Source: an uncultured Acidobacteriota bacterium (GTDB lineage: Bacteria > Acidobacteriota > Vicinamibacteria > Vicinamibacterales > 2-12-FULL-66-21). Taken from it: DNA of 32,000 nucleotides. Below the pieces are notes generated by a model that was not told where the DNA came from, made no database searches, and saw only the letters and a program-made list of their open reading frames with translations. The translations under genes were made by a program, and so were the position numbers. Below, piece by piece: positions 11,259-20,182 of the stretch (positions are counted from its first letter, which is position 1; every line of letters begins with the position of its first letter). Location: assembly GCA_963817635.1 (NCBI GenBank), contig CAWFPR010000005.1, forward strand, positions 737,433-769,432, in the 5' to 3' direction.

Positions 11259-11388
11259 ATCGTCCGGCCCCATCGTCTGTCCGCCCGTTCAACCGCGGTC
11301 GCGTCAGGCCGATTACCCATGTATGCCAGCGGCCGGTCGGCACAATTGGGTGCGGCGGTGCCGAAGCGAGCGATTTGGACTCATACCC

Positions 11389-11799
11389 ATGCTGACCTAC
11401 TGTCCCCGGACGATGGGTACAGGCATCCCGACGATCGATGCCCAGCACAAGGAACTCTTCAAGCGCCTCAATCAGCTGTTCGCGCAAATGTCGGTCGGAC
11501 GCGCGACCGACGGCTTGGATGAACTGCTGCTGTTCCTGAAGAACTACGCGGAGTGGCACTTCGAGCACGAGGAAGACTGCATGGCCCGGGCGCAGTGCCC
11601 GGTGCAGGCCGCCAACAAGTCGGCGCACGCCGAGTTCATCAGGATCTTCACCGCGCTCACCGAGCGGCTGCAGAAGGACGGGCCGACGCCGACCATGGTG
11701 ATCCAGGTCGAGAAGCAGTTCAGCGGGTGGATGACCAGCCACGTCGTCAAGATCGACACCAACTTGAAAAAGTGCCTGGAGGCGAAGGCTACGGCCTGA
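11389..11799 (+). CDS. bacteriohemerythrin (hemerythrin-like metal-binding protein)
   Basis: IPTIDAQHKELF, YAEWHFEHEE, SAHAEF and GWMTSHVVKIDTNL supply the His/Glu/Asp di-iron ligand pattern. The start is taken at ATG 11389 (alternative ATG 11413). The longer track ORF from 11104 is GC-driven read-through. Confidence 0.85.
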   Translation: MLTYCPRTMGTGIPTIDAQHKELFKRLNQLFAQMSVGRATDGLDELLLFLKNYAEWHFEHEEDCMARAQCPVQAANKSAHAEFIRIFTALTERLQKDGPTPTMVIQVEKQFSGWMTSHVVKIDTNLKKCLEAKATA

Positions 11800-11909
11800 G
11801 GGCGTCGTCGGGTATGCGGGTAATCGCACCCGTGATGCCGCACAACCGATGAACATCCTTCTATTTGGCGCCAGCGGTCGAGCAGGAACTTCACTGCTGA
11901 CCGTCTATC

Positions 11910-12194
11910 TCATCGCGCGCGGATTTCGAAGCCCAGCGAGAGGATGGCCTTCACCGTTTCAGTGACCGTCGTGCGGTCGTACTGCTTCTCCGACTCGGGC
12001 AACGAGCCATAAGGCACGAGGTCGGGATGGGTCTTCGATGCGTCGTCTCGCTGCGGTCCGTGCACCCATCCTTCCGACATGCGGCGCGCGGCCCAGTGGT
12101 CGTGCACGTTCTCGGAGAGCCGCTCCACCAGTTGCTCGAGCTCCGGCGTCAGTGCGACCGGGCTGGTGTCGATGGTGCGAGGCCGGTACGTCAT
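11910..12194 (-). CDS. stand-alone RyR (ryanodine-receptor repeat) domain protein, 94 aa
   Basis: LVERLSENVHDHWAARRMSEGWVHGPQRDDASKTHPDLVPYGSLPESEKQYDRTTVTETVKAI follows the Pfam RyR consensus (lAe.iHe.Wa...i.eGW.yG..rdd..k.hP.LvPy..Lpe.eK..dr......lk.i). An AAGGAG Shine-Dalgarno lies 7 nt upstream, inside the 13-nt gap after the TIR gene stop. Confidence 0.85.
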   Translation of the reverse strand: MTYRPRTIDTSPVALTPELEQLVERLSENVHDHWAARRMSEGWVHGPQRDDASKTHPDLVPYGSLPESEKQYDRTTVTETVKAILSLGFEIRAR

Positions 12195-12207
12195 CGCGCG
12201 CTCCTTG

Positions 12208-13575
12208 TCAGTCCAGCACCTTGATGATCCGATCGACGATGCCGTCGGCGTTCGAATGTTCCCACGCGCGAATGTACTGGATGTCGGTGAGGTAGGGTGG
12301 CAGGGCCATCTCTTCGCGCGCCAGCTTGACGGGAACCACCCTGAGCTTCTTCGCGTCGTGAGCCGCGACGACGCTTCGAGCTTCGTGCCCGCAGTTGCCC
12401 GATGACAGATACGACGGCGACAGCATCAGGACCGCGATGGCGCTGCGATCGAGCTTCGCGAAGATCTCGTCCATCCACGGCCGGCCCGGCTCGATGGAGT
12501 CCCCGCCGTCGCGATAGTCGAACACCGACTGGAAGCGCCGCCGCAGGGCCGTCGCGATCGGCGCCACCAGGGCTTCGTCCTGGCCGCTGTAGCTGAGGAA
12601 GACGGCTTCCTTGCGCATCGCGGCCTCGCGAAAATACGCCCGCGCCTCTTCCACCGCGCCGATGCGCCGGCCTTCCTGGAGGATCCGGTCGAGCCGTTTC
12701 TGGAACCCGTCGACCAGTTGATCTTCGGTCGTCCAGCGCACGATGTCCTTGCTGTACCCTACGTCGTACGCGCCGTAGAGGCTCCCTTCGAGCGGCGGCC
12801 GGCCCGTGTCTGTGCCGGGACCGTCCGATGACTGCCACGAGAGCCGCAGCGTCGGAATGGCCTGCCCGTGCAGGTACGCGCCGATGCCGGTTTCCGCTGC
12901 CGCCGCGCCCACGTCCGTGACGATCCAGTCCGCGGCCTGGAGCCTGCTGACGAGCCGACCGTCCAGTTGCGGCGGCCACGCCAGCCGTTCGACCTCGATG
13001 TTCGAGGCGCCGGCCATGGACTCGAGCCGCCGGACGATATCTTCCTTGTACCCCTGAGGCGGGAGCAGCAACCCGACCGTTCGGCCGGGTAGCTGCGGGC
13101 ACGTCCGCTCGTACTGCATCGAGACGTCCACGTTCTCGCAGAACCGCTTGAACAGGCTCCGGAAAGCCTCGCGATTCGGGGAGCCGCCGCGGCCCGTCAC
13201 TTCCTTGTGATCGAACGGGCACACGAACATCGACGGCGGGAGCGGGATGACCGGACCGTACCGGCGGTCCACGAAGACGATGGCGGGCGTCCGCCCGCGG
13301 ACCGCGAGGTCGACCTCGAGCCGGAAGTACCGGCTCGCTTCGAGCAGCAACTGGCGGGTCGGGCGTTCGTCTCCCTCGCCGTCATACGGATAGATGCCGA
13401 CAAACGCGTCGGTATCCCGAATCATGCGCTCGAGGCGCGTGACGTTGGTGGATCCCGTGCCCCGGTCCACGTCGAACTGCAGCTCGGCGACCTCGCTGAA
13501 CACCTCGTGAAAATAGGTGTTCACCACGGGCGACTGGTAGCGGTGGCTCAGAAAGGCCTTGAGCGTCAAAGACAT
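12208..13575 (-). CDS. multi-module TIR-domain protein: N-terminal TIR/DUF4062-like module, central nucleoside 2-deoxyribosyltransferase-like module, C-terminal canonical TIR
   Basis: The C-terminal residues 324-455, VFLSYSGQDEALV...SIEPGRPWMDEI...AIAVLMLSPSYLSSGNCGHEA, match the TIR_2 pattern and include the conserved Glu (E398, nt 12382-12384). The start is taken at ATG 13575 (MSLTLKAFLSHRY...). The track ORF extends to 13695, but that leader is Arg/Gly-rich junk. Confidence 0.85.
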   Translation of the reverse strand: MSLTLKAFLSHRYQSPVVNTYFHEVFSEVAELQFDVDRGTGSTNVTRLERMIRDTDAFVGIYPYDGEGDERPTRQLLLEASRYFRLEVDLAVRGRTPAIVFVDRRYGPVIPLPPSMFVCPFDHKEVTGRGGSPNREAFRSLFKRFCENVDVSMQYERTCPQLPGRTVGLLLPPQGYKEDIVRRLESMAGASNIEVERLAWPPQLDGRLVSRLQAADWIVTDVGAAAAETGIGAYLHGQAIPTLRLSWQSSDGPGTDTGRPPLEGSLYGAYDVGYSKDIVRWTTEDQLVDGFQKRLDRILQEGRRIGAVEEARAYFREAAMRKEAVFLSYSGQDEALVAPIATALRRRFQSVFDYRDGGDSIEPGRPWMDEIFAKLDRSAIAVLMLSPSYLSSGNCGHEARSVVAAHDAKKLRVVPVKLAREEMALPPYLTDIQYIRAWEHSNADGIVDRIIKVLD

Positions 13576-13659
13576 GTCGGGTGCCCTGCGCCGGGCCTTA
13601 GACGGTAGCACAGGTTCCGGGGCGCCGGGCCGGGCGCCTCGCCCGTCTCGCGAGGAGCA

Positions 13660-13688
13660 TTGACACCCCGCCCCGCCCTTCGTAGCAT
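13660..13688 (+). promoter_or_regulatory. sigma-70-like promoter candidate for the PIG-L deacetylase gene
   Basis: TTGACA (13660-13665), an exact 17-nt spacer, then TAGCAT (13683-13688), about 58 nt upstream of ATG 13747. GGAG at 13737-13740 lies 6 nt before the ATG. Confidence 0.4.
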
Positions 13689-13746
13689 GAGGCACTTTCT
13701 ATCGAGCGCCGACTCGAGTCCACCATAGGCGCTTCCGGAGCACGCA

Positions 13747-16564
13747 ATGAACCTCAGAAAACATCCGATTGCACTGTTGCTGGCCACATTCGTCGCCGTG
13801 GCTGCCATCCTCATGGGGACGGACCTCGTCAACGGCGGCGTTTCGGCTCAGAACCGGAAGAATTTCTCGATTATCAGCGAGCAAAGCGGCCACGTCGCGC
13901 TTGGGCTGGCCATCCGTAAGCTGGACGTCGCCGGCACCTACATGCAGTGCCCCGCGCATCCCGATGACGAGACGAACCCGCTCTTCGCCCTGTACGGGTA
14001 TGGCATGGGCCTGCGCACGATCGACCTGCAGAACAACCGGGGCGACGGCGGCCAGAACGAGATCGGCCCGGAGCTGTTCCGCGACATCGGCGTGCTGCGT
14101 ACCGCGGAGCTGCTCGCCGCGCACGAGATCGACGGCGCGGAACAGTACTTCACGCGCGCCATCGACTACGGCTACTCCTTCGATCCGCAGGAGGTCATCC
14201 GCAAGTGGGGCCACGACGACATCGTGGGCGACTACGTGCGGCTGTTCCGCACGCTGCGGCCGGAAGTCGTGGTGACGATGAACATCCAGGGGCGCGGCGG
14301 CGACCGCGCGCACGAAGCCCAGACCATTCTCGTGCGCGACGCCTTCCGCGCCGCAGGCGATCCGACGAAATACCCCGAACAGCTGCGCGAGGGGCTCAGG
14401 CCCTGGCAGCCACGCAAGCTGTATTTCTCCGGCGCCGGCATCGTGCAGCCGGGCGGCGAGCGGACCTCGCCGGCGCACGTCGCGCGCATCGACACGGCGG
14501 CGTACGATCCGCTCCTGGGCCGGACCTACGCCGAGATCGGGACCGACGCGCACGGCAACCACAAGTGCCAGGGCACAGGCGGGGTGCCGCCGCTGCTCGG
14601 AGTCGTGGGCGGCCGCGGCCGTGGAGGCCGGGGTGGGCCGCCGGCGCCCGCTGGACGGGGAGGTGCGCCAGGCGGCGCGCGCGGCGGCGCGGTCTACACC
14701 CTCGTTGACACGACGATACCGGGCGAGCAGGACAAGGACGAGACGTCGTTGTTCGATGGCATCGACGTCAGCGTGAAGGGGCTGGCCCATTACGCCGGGT
14801 CCGCGCCTCCGGCTGCCCTCACTACCGGCCTCGCCGCGATCGCGGACGCCGCGTCCGCCGCGTCCCGTGCATTCGACGGAGGCAACGACGCTGGCACGGT
14901 CGCGCCGATTGCCACCGGGCTGACGGCCGTGCGCTCGCTCCGCGGCCAGCTCGCCTCGATGGGATTGTCAGACGATGCGCGCTACGAGATCGACTTCCGG
15001 CTCGAGACCGAGGAGGCGGACTTCCAGGATGCGCTGCTGGCGGCCCACGGCCTGACGTTCGGTGCCGTCGCGAACGACGGCCTCATCATCGCGGGCCAGC
15101 CGGTGCAGTTGACCGTTGCGGCGGTCAACCGAGGAGCGGCCGACGTCACGGTGCGTGACGTCGCCATCGCTGGCTTCGACCGCCCGGGCGCGTGCGCGCC
15201 GGGGCCGATCGCTACCGACGGCGTGTTCACCTGCGAATCGACCGCCACCGTGCCGGCCGGCGCGAAGCCCACCGAGCCGTACTTCACGGACAACTACTGG
15301 AGCCACCCGGAAAACCAGGCGATCTACCGGTTCGATCCATCCGTGCCGTTCGGCGTCCCGTTTGCGAAGACGCCGTTTCGCGCGACCGTCCACCTGACGG
15401 TCGGCGGCGTTGACGTCACGAAAGAGCTGCCGTTCGAGTATCGCTACGTGAAGGATCTCTATTTCGGCGACAAGCGGATGGAGCTGACCGTCGTGCCGGC
15501 CTTCTCGGTGGAGGCGACGCCGCGCCTGGCGATTATCCCCGCCGGGGCCGCGGCGACCACCCGGGCCACGACGCGCGAGATGTTCGTTGCCGTCACCAAC
15601 GGGACGAAGGGCCCCGCGGACGCGACCGTCGTCACTGACGCTGCCGGCCGGCTGGAGCGCCTCGCCGGTCTCGGCGCCGCTGCACTTCGACAACGAAGAC
15701 GAATCGCTCTCGGCGCGCTTCGTCGTCACGGCGCCCGCGCAGGTGAAGACTGGCGACTACACGGTGACGGCGACGGTCCGCTCGGCCGCGACCGGCGCGC
15801 AGACCTTCGCCAGCGGCTACCAGGAGATTGAGTACCCGCACATCGAGCGCCGCCAGGTGATCAAGCCGTCCGCCACCGAGGTGAAGGTCGTGGACGTCAA
15901 GACCGTGCCCGGCCTCAACGTCGGCTACATCGTCGGCGTGGGCGACCAGGTGCCGCCGGCAATCGAGCAGCTTGGGGGGAAGGTGTCGTTCATCGACACG
16001 AACGAGCTGGCGTGGGGCGATCTGTCGAAGTACGACGTCATCATGACCGGCGTCCGCGCCTACGAGCGTCGCGACGACCTGCGCGCCTACAACAAGCGGC
16101 TCATCGATTACGCGGCGGCTGGCGGGACGGTGATCGTGCAGTACAACAAGATGGAGTTCAACCAGGCGCAATACGGACCCTATCCCGCCACCGTCGGACG
16201 CGACCGCGTCGCGGACGAGACCGTGCCGGTCAAGATCCTCGTGCCCGGCCATCCCGTGTTCAACTACCCGAACAAGATCGGGCCGGCCGCCTGGGCCAAC
16301 TGGGTGCAGGAGCGCGGGCTCTACTTCCTGGGTGAGAAGGACCCCAAGTACGTGGATCTGATCTCCATGACCGATTCGTTCCCCGACAACCCGGGCGAGA
16401 AGCTCGGATCGCTCGTCGAGGGCAAGATCGGGAAGGGCCGCTGGCTGTACCTGGGCCTCGGACTGTGGCGCCAGCTCCCTGCGGGGACGCCCGGCGCCTA
16501 CCAGTTGCTGGCGAACCTGCTGGCGCTGCCCAAGGCTCCCGGGTCCTCCGCCGCGATGCGGTAA
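13747..16564 (+). CDS. large secreted PIG-L/LmbE-family deacetylase with C-terminal GATase1/ThuA-like region; one frame break
   Basis: N-terminal transmembrane/signal segment. PIG-L motif CPAHPDDETN, then GGDRAHEAQ. The C-terminal region DVIMTGVRAYE...AAGGTVIVQYNK follows. The homology thread passes from frame 1 (13747..15831) to frame 2 (15587..16564) at about 15630 (GPADATV / LTLPAGWSASPVSAPLHF). Confidence 0.8.
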
Positions 16565-16603
16565 GAGGGCAGACCGAAGATACGGAGGTGTTTCAGCCGG
16601 CGA

Positions 16604-16831
16604 CTACGTTCCCGTCGGATGGTCGCTCTTGTACAGGGTCTGTTCCAACGATTCGGGAGGGTTCATCATCCTTCCCACGAAAACGAGAACGACCGCCGCC
16701 AGCGCCACCGTCAGTGCGCCCAGAAACGCAAACGTGCCGAAACCGAGTCGGCCCGTGGCGTAGGCGAAACCGAGTCCGGCCACCACCAACGCGGCGATGG
16801 TGTACCCCAACAGATTGAGATACCTTGACAT
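16604..16831 (-). CDS. small two-TM membrane protein (75 aa), function unknown
   Basis: MSRYLNLLGYTIAALVVAGLGFAYATGRLGFGTFAFLGALTVALAAVVLVFVGRMM contains two hydrophobic helices. ATG 16831 is preceded by a GGAGG Shine-Dalgarno 5 nt upstream. The longer track ORF (to 16969) has no better start context. Confidence 0.5.
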   Translation of the reverse strand: MSRYLNLLGYTIAALVVAGLGFAYATGRLGFGTFAFLGALTVALAAVVLVFVGRMMNPPESLEQTLYKSDHPTGT

Positions 16832-17037
16832 GACATCCTCCCTGAACGGTCGTGCGTCTCGTGCCCCCCGGCTCGCCGATGCCAGAAAGGGGTGAAGCAA
16901 GACGCGTTCGTTCCCTTCGGTCAATGTACGTCCTGCCCGGGAACCAGGGATGTTCACAATCGCACACATGTGACGATTGGTTTCAACCTGTCGCCGCCCA
17001 GAGCGGGAGGGATCAGACCGTGGTTGAAGAGCCGAGC

Positions 17038-19422
17038 ATGTTCGCCCCGGGGTGGCCGGGCATTCCGGGGCGTTGGACCTCGAGCGTCAAGACCGGCGTC
17101 GGCACGTCCGCCGGTCGCGACAGCCATGTCTGGTTCACGCTGAGTCACGGCATCCTCGACGAGGTCTACTATCCGCGCGTCGATCGTGCCTGCACCCGCG
17201 ACCTCGGACTCCTCGTGACCGATGGCCGGACCTGGCTGTCGGAAGAAAAACGGCACACCCGGTCGGAGACGACGCCGAGCGCGCCCGGTGTGCCCGCGTA
17301 TCGCGTGCGCAACACCGACAACGACCGTCGCTACCGGATCGAGAAGGAGGTGCTGACCGATCCCCGTCGCGACGTCGTGCTCCAGCGCGTGCACTTCGTC
17401 CCCCTCAGTGGGACGCTGTCTGACTTCCGCCTGTATGCGCTGCTGGCGCCTCACCTCGCGAATCGAGGCGGCGGCAATACGGCCTGGGTGGGCGAGTACA
17501 AGGGCACCCCGATGCTGCTCGCCGAGCGGAACGGGACCGCACTGGCGTTGGCGTCTTCCGCGCCGTGGCTCGCCCGGTCGGCCGGGTTCGTCGGAGTCTC
17601 GGACGGCTGGCAGGAACTCACCGAGCACAAGCGGCTGGTCCATACGTACGGGCGGGCCGAGAACGGGAATGTCGCGCTGATCGGCGAGATCGATCTGCTC
17701 GCGTCGGACGGTCTCTTCGTGCTCGCGCTCGCCTTCGGCCCCACGGCCATGGAGGCAGGTCAGCACGCGGCCGCCAGTCTCATGGACGACTTCACCGCGA
17801 CGCAGGCCGAGTACGTCAGAGGCTGGCAGGCCTGGCACGCGTCACTCGAGGGCGGTGTCCCGCTCGGGCGGCCGGGCCGCGAGCTGTGCGACCTCAGTGC
17901 CGCGGTGCTGCGGATCCACGAATCGAAGCACGTGGACGGCGGTGTGATCGCCAGCCTCTCCATTCCCTGGGGCTTCTCGAAGGGGGATGACGACCTGGGC
18001 GGCTATCACCTCATCTGGCCGCGGGATCTGGTCGAAGCGGCCTCGGGATTTCTGGCGGTCGGTGCGCGCCACGAGGCCCGGCGCGTGCTGCGGTACCTGC
18101 GCGTCACGCAGGAGCCCGACGGCCACTGGACGCAGAACATGTGGCTCGACGGTATGCCGTACTGGCACGGCATCCAGATGGACGAAACGGCCCTGCCGAT
18201 CGTGCTGGTGGACCTGGCCGTTCGAGAAGGCCTGCTCGATTCCGCCGCGCGCGACGCCTGCTGGCCGATGGTGCGGCGGGCCGCCGCGTTTCTCGTCTGC
18301 AACGGTCCGGTGAGCCCTCAGGATCGCTGGGAAGAAGATCCCGGCTATTCGCCGTTCACGATTGCCGCCGAAGTGGCCGCGCTCCTGGCCGCGGCCGACC
18401 TGGCTGACGCGGCCGCCGAGACGACCGCCGCGGAGTACCTGCGGGAAACGGCCGATGCGTGGAACGACAGCATCGAGCGATGGCTGTATGTGTCCGGCAC
18501 CGAACTGGCGCGGCAGCACGGCGTCGACGGTTACTACGTGCGCGTGGCGGAACCGGATCGATCGGACGCCGCCTCGCCGCGCGACGGCTTCGTGTCCATC
18601 AAGAACCGCCCCCCGGATCAGTCCACGGTCCGCGCCGCGTCGCTGGTCAGCGTGGACGCCCTCGCGTTCGTGCGCTTCGGCCTGCGCGCGGCTGATGACC
18701 CCCGGATGGTGAACACCGTGAAGGTCATCGACGCCACGCTTCGCGTCGAGACGCCGAACGGCCCGGCGTGGCGCCGATACGCGGGCGATGGATATGGGGA
18801 GCATGCCGATGGCGGTCCGTTCGACGGGACCGGCATCGGGCGCGCGTGGCCGCTCCTGACCGGGGAGCGGGCCCACTACGAACTTGCCGCCGGCCGCCCT
18901 GACGCGGCCGGACACCTGGCGGCGGCGCTCGAGACGTTCGCCGGCGAGAGCCGCCTCCTGCCTGAACAGGTCTGGGATACCGCCGACATTCCCGAGCAAG
19001 AACTGTTCTTCGGCCGGGCATCCGGCTCGGCGAGACCGCTCGTGTGGGCCCATGCCGAATACCTCAAGCTGCGCCGATCGCTTCGTGATGGCCGGGTGTT
19101 CGATTGTCCCCCGCAGACCGTGCAGCGATATCTCGTCGACAAGGTGACGTCGCGCCGCGTCATCTGGCGCTTCAACAACAAGCCGCGCACGATACCGGCC
19201 GAATCGGTCCTCCGCATCGAGACCCTTGCCGCGGCGGTTGTTCATTGGAGCGACGACGGGTGGCAGACGGTGCGTGACACCGCCACGCGCGACACCACGC
19301 TCGGCGTCCACGTGGCGGATCTGCCGATGACCCCGCCGGCCGGCGTCGTCGTCGTGTTCACGTTCCACTGGGTGGACGTCAATCGCTGGGAAGGGGTCGA
19401 TTTCCTGGTCAACGTTGTCTGA
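17038..19422 (+). CDS. GH15 glucoamylase / glucodextranase-type glycoside hydrolase with an extra ~100-aa C-terminal module
   Basis: Bacterial GH15 N-domain MFAPGWPGIPGRWTSS...VWFTLSHGILDEVYYPRVD. Catalytic-domain strings GGYHLIWPRDL and DRWEEDPGYSPFT, then ARPLVWAHAEYLKL. The start is taken at ATG 17038, within track ORF 16852..19422. Confidence 0.9.
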   Translation: MFAPGWPGIPGRWTSSVKTGVGTSAGRDSHVWFTLSHGILDEVYYPRVDRACTRDLGLLVTDGRTWLSEEKRHTRSETTPSAPGVPAYRVRNTDNDRRYRIEKEVLTDPRRDVVLQRVHFVPLSGTLSDFRLYALLAPHLANRGGGNTAWVGEYKGTPMLLAERNGTALALASSAPWLARSAGFVGVSDGWQELTEHKRLVHTYGRAENGNVALIGEIDLLASDGLFVLALAFGPTAMEAGQHAAASLMDDFTATQAEYVRGWQAWHASLEGGVPLGRPGRELCDLSAAVLRIHESKHVDGGVIASLSIPWGFSKGDDDLGGYHLIWPRDLVEAASGFLAVGARHEARRVLRYLRVTQEPDGHWTQNMWLDGMPYWHGIQMDETALPIVLVDLAVREGLLDSAARDACWPMVRRAAAFLVCNGPVSPQDRWEEDPGYSPFTIAAEVAALLAAADLADAAAETTAAEYLRETADAWNDSIERWLYVSGTELARQHGVDGYYVRVAEPDRSDAASPRDGFVSIKNRPPDQSTVRAASLVSVDALAFVRFGLRAADDPRMVNTVKVIDATLRVETPNGPAWRRYAGDGYGEHADGGPFDGTGIGRAWPLLTGERAHYELAAGRPDAAGHLAAALETFAGESRLLPEQVWDTADIPEQELFFGRASGSARPLVWAHAEYLKLRRSLRDGRVFDCPPQTVQRYLVDKVTSRRVIWRFNNKPRTIPAESVLRIETLAAAVVHWSDDGWQTVRDTATRDTTLGVHVADLPMTPPAGVVVVFTFHWVDVNRWEGVDFLVNVV

Positions 19423-19435
19423 CGCCACAGCGGGT

Positions 19436-19745
19436 TCAGCGCCGGCGGAACTTCCAGTACACGAATCCGCCCGTGGCGACGACGGCGAGCAGGTACGCGA
19501 TCGGTGGATGGCGGTAGAGATTCGCCACGAGCCCGCGCCATTGATCGCCGAGCACGTACCCAATTACCAGGAAGCAGCAGACCCACATCGCGGCGCCCGC
19601 GTAGGCGTCACGAACGTGCCGCCGGAGAGCTTCGAGGCGCCGGCGACGACCGCCGTGACGTGGCGGACCCCGGGAATGAAGAACCCGCCGGCCAGCAGCC
19701 ATCTTCCGGTGTTCAACCCGGCTTCGACCCAGCTTCGACCGCGAT
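19436..19745 (-). pseudogene. DedA/SNARE-associated membrane protein, 3' half only, with a frame break
   Basis: The minus strand reads ...GRWLLAGGFFIPGVRHVTAVVAGASKLS, breaks near 19625, then continues VRDAYAGAAMWVCCFLVIGYVLGDQW...YWKFRRR*. This is the conserved FIPGVR...AG core and the last transmembrane helices of DedA proteins. No N-terminal half is present. Confidence 0.55.
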
Positions 19746-19749
19746 CGAC

Positions 19750-19885
19750 GGAGCGGCGCCGCTTTTGCGCGCACCGCCGTCCTGATCCGCCAGTGGGCGC
19801 TCGACGCGCTCGGCAACGAGCGGGCCATCGGGCGGCATTTCGTCGCGGTGTCCACCAACGCCGAGGTGCTCGCGGGCTTCCACGC
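19750..19885 (+). pseudogene. pgi: internal fragment of a glucose-6-phosphate isomerase gene
   Basis: LIRQWALDALGNERAIGRHFVAVSTNAEVLAGF carries the HFVA(V/I)STN...F string typical of PGI. It has no start, no stop and no flanking PGI sequence, and it abuts the GH15 fragment in a different frame. Confidence 0.4.
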
Positions 19886-20182
19886 TACCTCGTCGACAGG
19901 GCGACGTCGTGCCGCGTCATCTGGCGCTTCAACAACAAGGTGCGCACGGTGCCGGCCGATACGGTGCTCCGCATCGAGACCCTCGCGTCCGCAGTCGTGC
20001 ACTGGAGCGTGGATGGCTGGCGGACGGTACAGGACACCGCCACGCACAACACCACGCCGGGCGTCCACGTGGTAGACCTGCCGACGACGCGCCTGCCGGC
20101 CGGCGCGAGCGTGGTCTTCACGTTCCGCCAGCCAGACGCCGGCCGGTGGGAGGGCAGTGATTTCCTGGTCAGCGTCGGATGA
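19886..20182 (+). pseudogene. orphan 3' end of a second, diverged GH15 gene; paralogous copy of 19129..19422
   Basis: YLVDRATSCRVIWRFNNKVRTVPADTVLRIETLASAVVHWSVDGWRTVQDTATHNTTPGVHVVDLP...VVFTFRQPDAGRWEGSDFLVSVG* aligns residue for residue with the last ~97 aa of the intact GH15 gene (YLVDKVTSRRVIWRFNNKPRTIPAESVLRIETLAAAVVHWSDDGWQTVRDTAT...). The nucleotide sequences are clearly diverged and there is one extra codon. Confidence 0.7.

Noticed and set aside
11910-13575. Calling the TIR cassette a Thoeris system.
   Set aside because: Thoeris requires a ThsA-type effector (SIR2, Macro or TM with a SLOG sensor). No such gene is adjacent. The partner is a RyR domain, so the assignment would be unsupported.
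16951-16980. Inverted repeat CAATCG-11 nt-CGATTG and an embedded CACATGTG palindrome in the divergent spacer between the small membrane protein gene and the GH15 gene.
   Set aside because: The arms are only 6 bp and the two symmetry centres do not coincide. There is no repeated copy elsewhere in the window and no adjacent regulator gene to bind it.
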